Shown here one piece after another: positions 9,066 to 17,830 of a stretch of DNA of 64,000 nt (position 1 is the first letter of the stretch; each line of letters starts with the position of its first letter). Source of the stretch: a virus (lineage: Duplodnaviria; Caudoviricetes); the IMG/VR virus record IMGVR_UViG_3300044716_000122, positions 1-64,000 of that record; one strand, written 5' to 3'. The position numbers were made by a program, and so were the translations under genes. A model generated the notes under the pieces. That model saw only the letters and a list, made by a program, of their open reading frames with translations, was not told the origin of the DNA and ran no database searches.

Positions 9066-9908
9066 ATGAAATTCGATCAATTAGAAACCAGAGAGCCTGG
9101 AGCAGGCAAAAAATTGTACACAGGATTTGCTCCTGTTCAAGTTGTAAGTGTTAATCCTACAGCTAAAGAACTTGCAAAAATCCTAGGTATTGAAGAAGAC
9201 AAGGTTAAAGAGCCTACCTATGAGTCAGAGAATGGAATGCGTCTTGACTTCTGGTATGTAAATCATCCAGACTTTAAAACAGATTTGCGTGGTAAGTTTA
9301 CTTTATGGGTAAACAATGACACTCGTATGTCTCAAGCAGGTAAGAAACAATTCATTGACAACTTTACTAAAACTACATGGGCTGAGAACCTTGCTACTCT
9401 AAGTGAGTATCAAGCATCTATTGACCCTTCTCGTAGATTAGATATGAAGAGTGTACGTGAAGCTAAGGGCGGAGAAGAAACAGTTTATTCTTTGCTTAAA
9501 GCTTATGGTAACATCTCTCCAAAAGAAAAACCATTTGTTCTTGACAACTGGGCTTCTATTGCTAAAGGTAAAGGCAATGAGTTAGTAGACTTCTTTGCTC
9601 ACTTTAACAAAGCCAACATGGGTGTTAAGGTTCTTTTGGGAATCAAAGATGAAAAATATCAAGACGTATGCACTAAGGTATTTGTTAACGTACAAGGTAA
9701 AATTACTGAGTATGTATCTAAGCAAATCACAGGTGAGTATGGCTTTAAGAGTTTCTACGGAAGTTATACTTTCAAAGAATACACTGAAAATGATGCTCCT
9801 GAAGCAAACGAAACTGAGACTCCTTTTAAATCAGAATCTATGATGAGTTGGGATACCAGTGAAGTAGCAACAAGTCCTGTTAGCACAGATATTAACGATA
9901 TCTTCTAA
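9066..9908 (+). CDS. putative single-stranded DNA-binding protein (crAss type)
   Basis: 280 aa ending in an acidic/aromatic tail (TDINDIF); lies between the Sak4-like ATPase and the primase; followed by a terminator. Confidence 0.6.
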   Translation: MKFDQLETREPGAGKKLYTGFAPVQVVSVNPTAKELAKILGIEEDKVKEPTYESENGMRLDFWYVNHPDFKTDLRGKFTLWVNNDTRMSQAGKKQFIDNFTKTTWAENLATLSEYQASIDPSRRLDMKSVREAKGGEETVYSLLKAYGNISPKEKPFVLDNWASIAKGKGNELVDFFAHFNKANMGVKVLLGIKDEKYQDVCTKVFVNVQGKITEYVSKQITGEYGFKSFYGSYTFKEYTENDAPEANETETPFKSESMMSWDTSEVATSPVSTDINDIF

Positions 9909-9937
9909 AATTAAAAGTAATCTATTCTCTTTTTTAG

Positions 9938-9967
9938 AAAAGGGGTTACTTTTGTGACCCCTTTTTT
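9938..9967 (+). terminator. rho-independent terminator
   Basis: AAAAGGGGTTAC-TTTT-GTGACCCCTTTTTT. Confidence 0.85.
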
Positions 9968-9994
9968 ATTGAAGAAGGGTTAAAAACAACACTT

Positions 9995-10984
9995 ATGGAT
10001 CTCTCAAGCATCGAAATACGACCTAATGTAAAGACTTTATACGCTTTACTAGGACAAGAAAACCTAATGTCTTTTTACTTCGGTGAGAAAATAGACTTGA
10101 GAAAGAAATATAAGAATCCATTCAGATCTGACAAGCATGCTACCTGTTTCTTTAGGTGGAGTCAAGGAGGTAATCTGTATTTTGTAGATTATGCTACGGA
10201 GAAAGTGCACTACAATGCAATTGACATAGCTCAAATGCGTACTGCCTACGAGTATCCAGACATTCTATATAAAATAGAATCAGATTTCCAACTTAAGAAC
10301 TTTAGTTTAGAAGACAGACTTAGATTAGAGATGGAAGTATCCACTCTCAAAAGTCCTAAGCCAGCAGAGATAAAGCCTGCATCTATTAAAGTTACTGTTA
10401 CAAAATTTACACAAAAAGACTTAGAGTACTGGCTTCAATTCGGAGTAACAGAAAAAATACTTAAGTTCTATGATGTAAGAAAAGTAGACAAAGCATGGAT
10501 AGCAGATAACATCTGGTACATTAGTAATACGTTTGACCCCTGTTATCGGTATAAGGAAAAAGATAAGTTTAAACTATATCGTCCCTATGCAGAGAAGAAA
10601 GTTAAATTTAGAACAAACTTCTTTGGAGGTATGCTTGAGGGTTACACCCAGCTACCACACAAGGGAACTATTCTAATCATTACTAAAGGCACTAAAGATG
10701 TTATGACCTTACACTCTATTGGAGTGAATGCTGTTGCTGTTAGAAGCGAAACTACACCTATATCAGAAAATGCTTATGAGTTACTTAAAGCAAGATTTGA
10801 CACTATGTATGTATGGTTTGACGCTGATAGAGCAGGAGAAGAAGGTGCTAAGAAGATTTCAGAGACGTATGGAATTCCTGTACTATACCACCACGGAAGT
10901 TTAGGAAAAGACATAAGTGATATTTACAAAAACCACGGAAGAGAAAAATTAATAAAGATATGCCAAGAATTAAGGATATTATAA
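9995..10984 (+). CDS. DnaG-like DNA primase (TOPRIM)
   Basis: Degenerate N-terminal ZBD (KNPFRSDKHATC), TOPRIM IITKGTKD and DxD motif WFDADRAG. Confidence 0.85.
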   Translation: MDLSSIEIRPNVKTLYALLGQENLMSFYFGEKIDLRKKYKNPFRSDKHATCFFRWSQGGNLYFVDYATEKVHYNAIDIAQMRTAYEYPDILYKIESDFQLKNFSLEDRLRLEMEVSTLKSPKPAEIKPASIKVTVTKFTQKDLEYWLQFGVTEKILKFYDVRKVDKAWIADNIWYISNTFDPCYRYKEKDKFKLYRPYAEKKVKFRTNFFGGMLEGYTQLPHKGTILIITKGTKDVMTLHSIGVNAVAVRSETTPISENAYELLKARFDTMYVWFDADRAGEEGAKKISETYGIPVLYHHGSLGKDISDIYKNHGREKLIKICQELRIL

Positions 10985-11574
10985 ACGAAGCTTTAGAAAT
11001 TGCTTTTGACAAGTTAGAAGTAGAAGCACTAGTACGATATAATATTATGTTATTAGTTTTAAAGAAAACTAAAAACAAACAGTATTATAGTAAAGTAATA
11101 AATGACATTAATCCAGAAGAGCTAAGATTAAAACGCAAGTTGGCAATGATAAAAGCACATGAACTTAAAGTAAATTTAGATAAGTTTTCAGAGTTTGAGT
11201 TGGGAGTAATGCATATTGTTTGTGATATAAACAGAATGACTGTAAAGGATTTTACAATAAATAGTCGTAAACGTGAGCTAACAGAAGCAAGATTTCATTT
11301 TGCAGCTGTACTTTTAATACACTTTAACTACACTTACAAGAAGGTAGGTACTTTGTTAGGAAGAGATCACTCTACGATTATACATTCTATGAAACAACAT
11401 TTAAACTTTTCTAATTCTATTAAAAGTTACAAAACAAGATACAATCAAGTTATAAACATGATGGAAGAAACCTACCCAGGACTTATGAGTACTACTCTTA
11501 ATCCTAATATTATTGTTAGAAGAACTCAACTTAAAAGAAGTAAGCTAGTGAATAAAGATGCAAAAACTGATTGA
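10960..11574 (+). CDS. DnaA C-terminal (domain IV) HTH protein
   Basis: SRKRELTEARFH...YKKVGTLLGRDHSTIIHS matches the Bac_DnaA_C signature. Confidence 0.8.
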   Translation: MPRIKDIINEALEIAFDKLEVEALVRYNIMLLVLKKTKNKQYYSKVINDINPEELRLKRKLAMIKAHELKVNLDKFSEFELGVMHIVCDINRMTVKDFTINSRKRELTEARFHFAAVLLIHFNYTYKKVGTLLGRDHSTIIHSMKQHLNFSNSIKSYKTRYNQVINMMEETYPGLMSTTLNPNIIVRRTQLKRSKLVNKDAKTD

Positions 11575-12259
11575 TATTCCAGACGATTGGTATCATCACT
11601 TAAAAGACACAATAGAAAGTCCGTACTTTAAAGCCCTTGGAGGTTTCGTAGCTAATGAGAGAAAGACTAAAACTATCTTTCCTTATAAAGACGAAGTCTT
11701 CAAGGCTTTTAATTTAACACCTTTTCAGAAAGTAAGGGTTGTTATTTTAGGAATGGATCCTTATCCAGGCAGAAATGTAGGGGAACCTATTGCTCATGGA
11801 TTGGCTTTCTCTCCTAGAAAAAAGACTTACATTACTCCGTCTTTAAGAATGATGTATAACCGTATTAAAACAGACATTTATCCAGACGATCTAAGCTTCC
11901 CTACTGATATGAATATAGAATCATGGGCTAAGCAAGGAGTTCTTATGCTAAATGCTGCTTTGACTATCGAAGAAGGTAAGTCAGGTTCTCACCTAGAGCC
12001 TTGGAAACAGTTCACAGAAGCTGTATTCAAAACACTAAACGAGAGTACTACAGGACTTATATTCTGTTTTTGGGGAAAAGACGCTTTAAAGTTTGCTCCC
12101 CTTATCAACGATGATGTACACCACGTACTAGTAGCATCACATCCTGTTTCTGCCGTATACAAAGGTGGAGTTTGGGAATGTGATCACTTTAAAAGAATTA
12201 ACCAAATACTAATGGCCAGTAATCCAGACGATATAGACTGGCTAGAAAACTTAAAATAA
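11558..12259 (+). CDS. ung: uracil-DNA glycosylase, family 1
   Basis: VVILGMDPY, AHGLAFS, PSLR, WAKQGVLMLN, SH..W, FWG, SHP. Confidence 0.9.
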   Translation: MQKLIDIPDDWYHHLKDTIESPYFKALGGFVANERKTKTIFPYKDEVFKAFNLTPFQKVRVVILGMDPYPGRNVGEPIAHGLAFSPRKKTYITPSLRMMYNRIKTDIYPDDLSFPTDMNIESWAKQGVLMLNAALTIEEGKSGSHLEPWKQFTEAVFKTLNESTTGLIFCFWGKDALKFAPLINDDVHHVLVASHPVSAVYKGGVWECDHFKRINQILMASNPDDIDWLENLK

Positions 12260-12268
12260 AACAAAGAA

Positions 12269-12466
12269 ATGAATTGGCAAGACTATGAGTCCTTAGGACA
12301 TTTAGAATTAAAAGGAAAATTAGTAGAATATCTATCTAATAGAACTAAAATAATAAAAGAAATGGAGCAAAGCAGTGAGTATGAGTACTGTGAGATCCAA
12401 GGAAGAATTAAAGAATTAGACGAATTAATAGACTTTATCGAAAACATTAAAAAAATAAAACCATGA
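12269..12466 (+). CDS. hypothetical protein
   Basis: 65-aa coiled-coil ORF, ATGA-coupled to the next gene. Confidence 0.6.
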   Translation: MNWQDYESLGHLELKGKLVEYLSNRTKIIKEMEQSSEYEYCEIQGRIKELDELIDFIENIKKIKP

Positions 12467-13311
12467 ATAAACAACAATTGCTAGAATCATCTAGAACAAA
12501 TTGGACTGTAGCAAAGAAACCTTTGTTTGGTCCTGATGGAGAAATTACTCCTGCTTACGGAGTATTCCGTGAAGACAACAATAATTGTCTTGGTGTAGTA
12601 GGATCTAAGTATGTTCCTACTCAGAATGCAGAAATCCTTGACATGCTTTTAGAAGCTGCTGTCCGAGTTAACATTAACGGAGAAAGAGGTGGATTTTTAG
12701 GTAACGGACAAAAAGTCTACTACCAGTTTCCTTTAACAGATGTACAGATTGGAGGATCTTTTAACAAGAGATTCCTTACAGCTCTCACATCACATGATGG
12801 TAGCGCTCCTATGGGCTTTGGTGCAACTAACGTAACTGTTGTATGCTCTAATACCTTTTATATGGCTCTTAGAGACTCTAAGCGTGTAAGACATACTAAG
12901 AACTCTCATGAGCGTTTAAGTGGTATTATCTCTCAGTTACAAAGTTCTCTTACTCAAGAGGAACAGTTCATCGAGAAATTGATGGAATTAAGCAAAATCT
13001 ATATCCCCGAAACAGTTACAGATGAATTTATCATTAACATTATCGGAGGAGATGGAGAAGCATCTAGAGGTAAGAATCGTATTAACGACTTTAGAACAGC
13101 TTTGACTACTGAGTATGAAACACACGAGAACACAGCTTACGCTTTGTTTAACGCTACTACTCGCTTTACCAACTATATGATGGGACACAAGAGTATCGAA
13201 GCTAAGCGTGAGTCTCTAATTCACGGAACTGCTTACACAATTAACAACAGAGGTTTAGAATTAATTTCTGAAACTTACACTCCTTTATATACACCTGAGT
13301 TAGCTTTGTAA
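12463..13311 (+). CDS. DUF932/DUF945 family protein
   Basis: LGVVGSKYVPTQN, SHDGS, VVCSN, RHTKN, TAYALFNATT motifs. Confidence 0.85.
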   Translation: MNKQQLLESSRTNWTVAKKPLFGPDGEITPAYGVFREDNNNCLGVVGSKYVPTQNAEILDMLLEAAVRVNINGERGGFLGNGQKVYYQFPLTDVQIGGSFNKRFLTALTSHDGSAPMGFGATNVTVVCSNTFYMALRDSKRVRHTKNSHERLSGIISQLQSSLTQEEQFIEKLMELSKIYIPETVTDEFIINIIGGDGEASRGKNRINDFRTALTTEYETHENTAYALFNATTRFTNYMMGHKSIEAKRESLIHGTAYTINNRGLELISETYTPLYTPELAL

Positions 13312-13336
13312 TTGTCTCTTGCATGCCAAAAAGATT

Positions 13337-13364
13337 AGGGGGTCACAAGATCCCCTTTTCTTTT
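13337..13364 (+). terminator. rho-independent terminator
   Basis: AGGGGGTC-ACAA-GATCCCCT followed by TTTCTTTT. Confidence 0.75.
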
Positions 13365-13366
13365 AT

Positions 13367-13374
13367 TATATTTG
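13367..13374 (+). promoter_or_regulatory. Bacteroidota -7 promoter element (TATATTTG)
   Basis: TATATTTGTA just after the terminator, 6 nt upstream of ATG 13381. Confidence 0.55.
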
Positions 13375-13380
13375 TATAAT

Positions 13381-14028
13381 ATGTTAAAGAGAACAGCAAC
13401 AAAAAAGATTCCTGTCAAAGGAGTCCCTGAACTTAAGGAAATTCAAAAGCCTTGTTCAGACTGTGGGAAGATTAAAGCTATAGCCAACAAAACAAAGAGG
13501 TTATGTGCTACGTGTGTAATGAAGGAGAAGAAAGAAAAGCAGAAAGTCCGTAAAGAAATCAAACGTAAGTTAGAGAAAGAAACTATCAGTCAAAGTAAAC
13601 TAGACCAGATAACTTCTTGGTTAGTTAGAGGAGCACATATTAACAAATGCCATGCTTGTGAGATTACACTAGACCCTAAGGGCTTACAGTGTGCTCACTT
13701 TGTAGGTAGAACTAAAGTTGCTACTCGCTATCACCTAAATAATCTATTACCCGCTTGTCCTAGATGTAATCTATATACTCCTCACCACGTGTGGAACTTA
13801 GGTAAGTCTTTAAACAGGATATGGGGAACTGATACTACGGAAGACATGCTACAGCTTTCTAACAAAATATTAAAATTAAGTAACTACGATAGAAAACTTA
13901 TCTATGACGTTTATAGAACCTGCCTTACAGAAATTGAAGAAGGAAACTATAGCCAAGATCAGAAGTATCAGAAGTTACACCAAGCATTGAAGGATTATAA
14001 CAAGATAGTGGAACCCTTATTAAAATGA
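13381..14028 (+). CDS. NinG/Rap-like HNH nuclease with zinc fingers
   Basis: N-terminal CSDC..CATC; core CHAC...QCAHF...NLLPACPRCN; ATG 13381 preferred over TTG 13372. Confidence 0.8.
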   Translation: MLKRTATKKIPVKGVPELKEIQKPCSDCGKIKAIANKTKRLCATCVMKEKKEKQKVRKEIKRKLEKETISQSKLDQITSWLVRGAHINKCHACEITLDPKGLQCAHFVGRTKVATRYHLNNLLPACPRCNLYTPHHVWNLGKSLNRIWGTDTTEDMLQLSNKILKLSNYDRKLIYDVYRTCLTEIEEGNYSQDQKYQKLHQALKDYNKIVEPLLK

Positions 14029-15995
14029 TTTATCTAGTAACAAAACAAAACATTTCCCTACCTGATATAACTCTCTGCACAGTACAAGAATCATTAAACT
14101 ACCTTAAAGACCTAGAGTGGGTTGCTATAGATACAGAGACTTCTGGATTTGATGCATATACCTGTAAGCTATACACACTTCAGCTAGGTGACAATGACAA
14201 TCAGTTTGTAGTTGACTTGACTACGATTGATATTAATGACTACAAGCAGCTCTTAGAGACTAAAGGAGTCATTGGTCATAACTTAAAGTTTGATTTAAAG
14301 TTCTTATATCATCAGAGAATTGTACCAACCAAGGTATACGATACCTTTTTAGGCGAAAAAACGTCAAGACTAGGTATAGAAAGTCATAGGTGTTCCTTAG
14401 CTGCTTGTGTAAAACTACACTGTGGAGTCATATTAGATAAGGAAGAAAGAAAGAATATTACAGGCAATCTAACAGAAGGCTTTGTAAAGTATTCTGCTTA
14501 TGACGTAAAATACCTACATGCTCTTAAAGAAGCTCAAGAAGTAATTTTATTTGCTGCAGGATCTAAAGTATCAATCGAGTTAGACAATCGCTTTGTCTTA
14601 GTTTTAGCTTACATAGAATATTGTGGTATGAAGCTAGACGTAGATAAGTGGACTAACAAGATTCACAAAGTACAGACCCAAGCAGATGCAGCTACTAGAA
14701 AATTAAATGAGTTTATCTTTACTAACGAGATGAATAAGTTTATTAACTATCAGTTAGACTTATTCTCTGGAGGAAACAAGATTAAAATTAACTGGAACTC
14801 ACCTGCTCAGGTAGTAGAGTTCTTTGAAGCTATAGGAGTAAATACTTCTGTAGTAGAGAAAGGAGTTAAGAAGCATACAATAGAAGCAAACCATCTAATT
14901 AAGTTTCAAGACAAACATCCTATTATCAAGATTTACCTTTCTTTTAAAGAAGCCCAAAAAGACATAGGCACCTATGGTTATAACTGGATTGAGCAAATTA
15001 ACCCCGCAAGCGGTAGAATACACACTCAGTTCAAACAGTTAATGAACACAGGTCGCTTATCTAGTGGAGGTAAGTCAGGAACAACCAAGAATTTTAACTT
15101 CCAAAACATTCCCTCAGATGAAGAAACACGTAGTTGTTTTGTAGCAGAAGAAGGAAACACCCTAGTAGGCTGTGACTATACAGGTCAAGAACAGATAGTA
15201 CTAGTAAATAAGTGTTTGGACGAAAATTTACTTGAGTTTTACGATAAAGATTTAGGAGACATGCATTCATTTGTAGCCTCGAAGATGTACGAAGAGTTAG
15301 ATGGATTAGATTTAAATGAGATTAAAAAGAAACACAAAGATAAAAGACAGTCAGCTAAGGTAGCAGGCTTTGCAATTAACTACGGTGGTAGTGGTATAGG
15401 TATAGCAGAACAGTTAGGATTAAGCGTAGAGCAAGGCAATAAGATTTATGCAGCCTACTTTTTTGCATTTCCTGGACTAAAAGCATACTTTGATGAAGCT
15501 AAGAAGTTCGGAGTTGATAATGGATATGTATTAATCTCTCCTGTTACAGGTAAGAGATCTTATGTAGATTATTATGACGAGTTTAATCAACTCAAGAACG
15601 AAATGGATAAAGACTTCTGGGAAAGATACAAAAAGCTTAAAAATGCAGCCACTCCTACAGCACTTGCTATGAAGGAAAAGGTTTCTAAGTTTTTTAGAAA
15701 AAGAGGTGACATAGAAAGAATGTCCTTAAACTATCCAATCCAAGGGGAATCTGCAGAGATAACCAAGCTAGCATGTGTTTACTTTTGGTCAAGATATCTA
15801 GTACCTAATGATCTTTTATTTAAAGTTAAGATTGTAAATGTCATTCATGACGAGATTCTTATAGAAACACCAGAAGCAATTGCGCAACAAGCTGCTGCAC
15901 AATTAGAAAAATCAATGGTAGATTCAGGAGCTAAGTTTTGTACGAGAGTTCCTCTTAAAGCAGATCCTTGTATATCACCTTATTGGAGTAAATAA
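14025..15995 (+). CDS. polA: family A DNA polymerase with 3'-5' exonuclease
   Basis: Exo I DTET, Exo II HNLKFD, Exo III YSAYDV; TGRLSS; motif A DYTGQE; motif B RQSAKVAGFAINYG; NYPIQG; motif C IHDE. Confidence 0.95.
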   Translation: MIYLVTKQNISLPDITLCTVQESLNYLKDLEWVAIDTETSGFDAYTCKLYTLQLGDNDNQFVVDLTTIDINDYKQLLETKGVIGHNLKFDLKFLYHQRIVPTKVYDTFLGEKTSRLGIESHRCSLAACVKLHCGVILDKEERKNITGNLTEGFVKYSAYDVKYLHALKEAQEVILFAAGSKVSIELDNRFVLVLAYIEYCGMKLDVDKWTNKIHKVQTQADAATRKLNEFIFTNEMNKFINYQLDLFSGGNKIKINWNSPAQVVEFFEAIGVNTSVVEKGVKKHTIEANHLIKFQDKHPIIKIYLSFKEAQKDIGTYGYNWIEQINPASGRIHTQFKQLMNTGRLSSGGKSGTTKNFNFQNIPSDEETRSCFVAEEGNTLVGCDYTGQEQIVLVNKCLDENLLEFYDKDLGDMHSFVASKMYEELDGLDLNEIKKKHKDKRQSAKVAGFAINYGGSGIGIAEQLGLSVEQGNKIYAAYFFAFPGLKAYFDEAKKFGVDNGYVLISPVTGKRSYVDYYDEFNQLKNEMDKDFWERYKKLKNAATPTALAMKEKVSKFFRKRGDIERMSLNYPIQGESAEITKLACVYFWSRYLVPNDLLFKVKIVNVIHDEILIETPEAIAQQAAAQLEKSMVDSGAKFCTRVPLKADPCISPYWSK

Positions 15996-16025
15996 AACTA
16001 AAACAAACTAAACTAAATTAAAATT

Positions 16026-16571
16026 ATGGGATCAACCACATTTTATCACAAAAGAACAGCTCCTAGTATGAAGGAAGCTTATAATCAATTAGTAGAAGAT
16101 GCTATTGATGAGTACGGTAATGATGCGTACAATGGAACTATTAGCACAACTAATGGTTTTGTAGACGTTACTAAGAAGTTTAAAGATTCAGGCAAAAAAC
16201 TAAGTGCCTTTATTGAGTCTGCAGAAGACGTTATGGACAAAAGAGATTGTTGGGGTATCTGCGTTCTAGAACCTAAGTTAAACAGCAACAAGATTAAAAG
16301 CCAAGTAGAAATAATTCCTCAGGTAGGTAGACGTGTTTGGGAAACTAGATACGAAGTACAAGCAGAAGGAAGACTTATTGGAAGTCATCCATTACAAGCA
16401 GGAGCAATTAAGATGGCCAGAGACTACACAGAACGTACTAAGGTTAGTACTCACGTTACTAGAGTTAATGTTTTAAAAGAAGGCGAGAAAAATGTAGCCT
16501 TTGTAAATTACAAGCCTAGTAGTGAAGAACGTCAAGGAGAATATGTACTCTTTGGTTGGGCAGCAGAATAA
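16026..16571 (+). CDS. conserved phage hypothetical protein
   Basis: 181 aa; EAY..LVEDA..EYG.D.YNGTIST N-terminus and LFGWAAE C-terminus; strong AAACT-repeat leader. Confidence 0.75.
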   Translation: MGSTTFYHKRTAPSMKEAYNQLVEDAIDEYGNDAYNGTISTTNGFVDVTKKFKDSGKKLSAFIESAEDVMDKRDCWGICVLEPKLNSNKIKSQVEIIPQVGRRVWETRYEVQAEGRLIGSHPLQAGAIKMARDYTERTKVSTHVTRVNVLKEGEKNVAFVNYKPSSEERQGEYVLFGWAAE

Positions 16572-16581
16572 TAATTAAACA

Positions 16582-17019
16582 ATGATTAACCGCATTTATA
16601 TGCCAGCTACTCTCTCCCTTAACATAGATGGAACTATTCATCTTAAGGGAGATAGAGAGTTGATGCAGTCGTACTTTAGAGAATTGACAAAAGGAGATCC
16701 TGCGGTGGATGTAGAAGTTTGTATAACTAGATTAGATTCTAAGAAAACAAACCCTCAGTTAGCTTATTTCTACAGCACCCTAGTACCTATCATCCGAGGA
16801 GGATTTGAAGCCCTTACAGGCGAAGTATACACCAAAGAAGAGGTAGTCACTTATCTTAAGGACAAGTTCTTCTACGAGGAGATTATGTTCCAAGGTCAAT
16901 TTATTAAAACACCACTCTCACTTTCTAAAGGAAAAAAAGAAGAAGTTAATGAATTTATTAAGCAAGTAATTAACTTTGCAACAGATACTCTTGGAGTGCC
17001 TGTACCTGAATTAAATTAA
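16582..17019 (+). CDS. NinB/Orf-like recombination protein
   Basis: KKTNPQLAYFY...YLKDKF...SLSK..KEEVNEFIKQV...LGVPVPE fits the NinB-like pattern. Confidence 0.6.
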   Translation: MINRIYMPATLSLNIDGTIHLKGDRELMQSYFRELTKGDPAVDVEVCITRLDSKKTNPQLAYFYSTLVPIIRGGFEALTGEVYTKEEVVTYLKDKFFYEEIMFQGQFIKTPLSLSKGKKEEVNEFIKQVINFATDTLGVPVPELN

Positions 17020-17032
17020 TTAAACTAAACTT

Positions 17033-17299
17033 ATGTTATATATAATAGAACCAAGAACAGAAACAGACAGAGTGGAAGCCGTGGGCTTACCTGATGTCAA
17101 CTATCATTACGGTGAAAACATTGTTACCTACAATGACAACGAATCAGCAGAAAGTATTCAATTGGGTACTCTTGTTGATTGCAACGGAGTAACTTGTGTA
17201 GTTACTGAACTATCTTCAATGAAGTTTGGAAGAGTTATCTTAACTGTAAAACCAGTAGATGCTACTCCTAAAACAACTACTGGAGCTTTAATGCGTTAA
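17033..17299 (+). CDS. hypothetical protein
   Basis: 88-aa ORF with an A-rich leader. Confidence 0.65.
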   Translation: MLYIIEPRTETDRVEAVGLPDVNYHYGENIVTYNDNESAESIQLGTLVDCNGVTCVVTELSSMKFGRVILTVKPVDATPKTTTGALMR

Positions 17300-17301
17300 T
17301 T

Positions 17302-17625
17302 ATGACTGAACAAGCTTTACGTTACAACACAGGCAAGAGAAGATGGACTTTAGTAGACTTTAAGTCTCTAGAGTCTATGGTTGAAGTCCTTGAGTATGGG
17401 GAAAACAAATATGATAAATGGAATTGGTGTAAAGGTATGCCAGTTTCTGCAGTAAGCGAAAGTTTACTTAGACATATGTTTGCTTTCCTAGATGGGGAAG
17501 ACAAAGACCCTGAGTCAGGAATAGATCACCTAGGACATGTTATGTCTAATGCTATGTTTCTCTCGTACATAATGAGAGAAAAGTCTCAATATGATGATAG
17601 AAGCCGTGAAACTCCAACTAAGTAA
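17302..17625 (+). CDS. dATP/dGTP diphosphohydrolase domain protein (DUF5664)
   Basis: RYNTGK.RW.L, VLEYG..KY..WNW.KG, SLLRH, GED.DPESG..HLGH...NAMFL. Confidence 0.85.
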   Translation: MTEQALRYNTGKRRWTLVDFKSLESMVEVLEYGENKYDKWNWCKGMPVSAVSESLLRHMFAFLDGEDKDPESGIDHLGHVMSNAMFLSYIMREKSQYDDRSRETPTK

Positions 17626-17830
17626 CTTTCTTCATGGAACCAGAGGACAACGAGGTTATCCTTATTGGTTCTTTTATTTTATACCAACAATAAGCATAAG
17701 TCGTACATCTTCATTATATGACTTGAACATACACTTATGCTTCCTTTGGTTTGTTTTAACCGTAACAATTGAAAAAAGAAATGATTCTAAATCAAGATTA
17801 TCTAAGCAATACCGCAATAAGTCAAAGTAG
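17591..17830 (+). CDS. possible small hydrophobic protein
   Basis: Fills the gap 17625-17781; overlaps both neighbours. Confidence 0.4.
   Translation: MMIEAVKLQLSNFLHGTRGQRGYPYWFFYFIPTISISRTSSLYDLNIHLCFLWFVLTVTIEKRNDSKSRLSKQYRNKSK

Noticed and set aside
14025-15995. Intein/intron in PolA, or an unusual motif-B residue
   Set aside because: Length and motif spacing are normal; the residue equivalent to E. coli 762 is the ordinary Phe (R-x3-K-x3-F-x3-Y)
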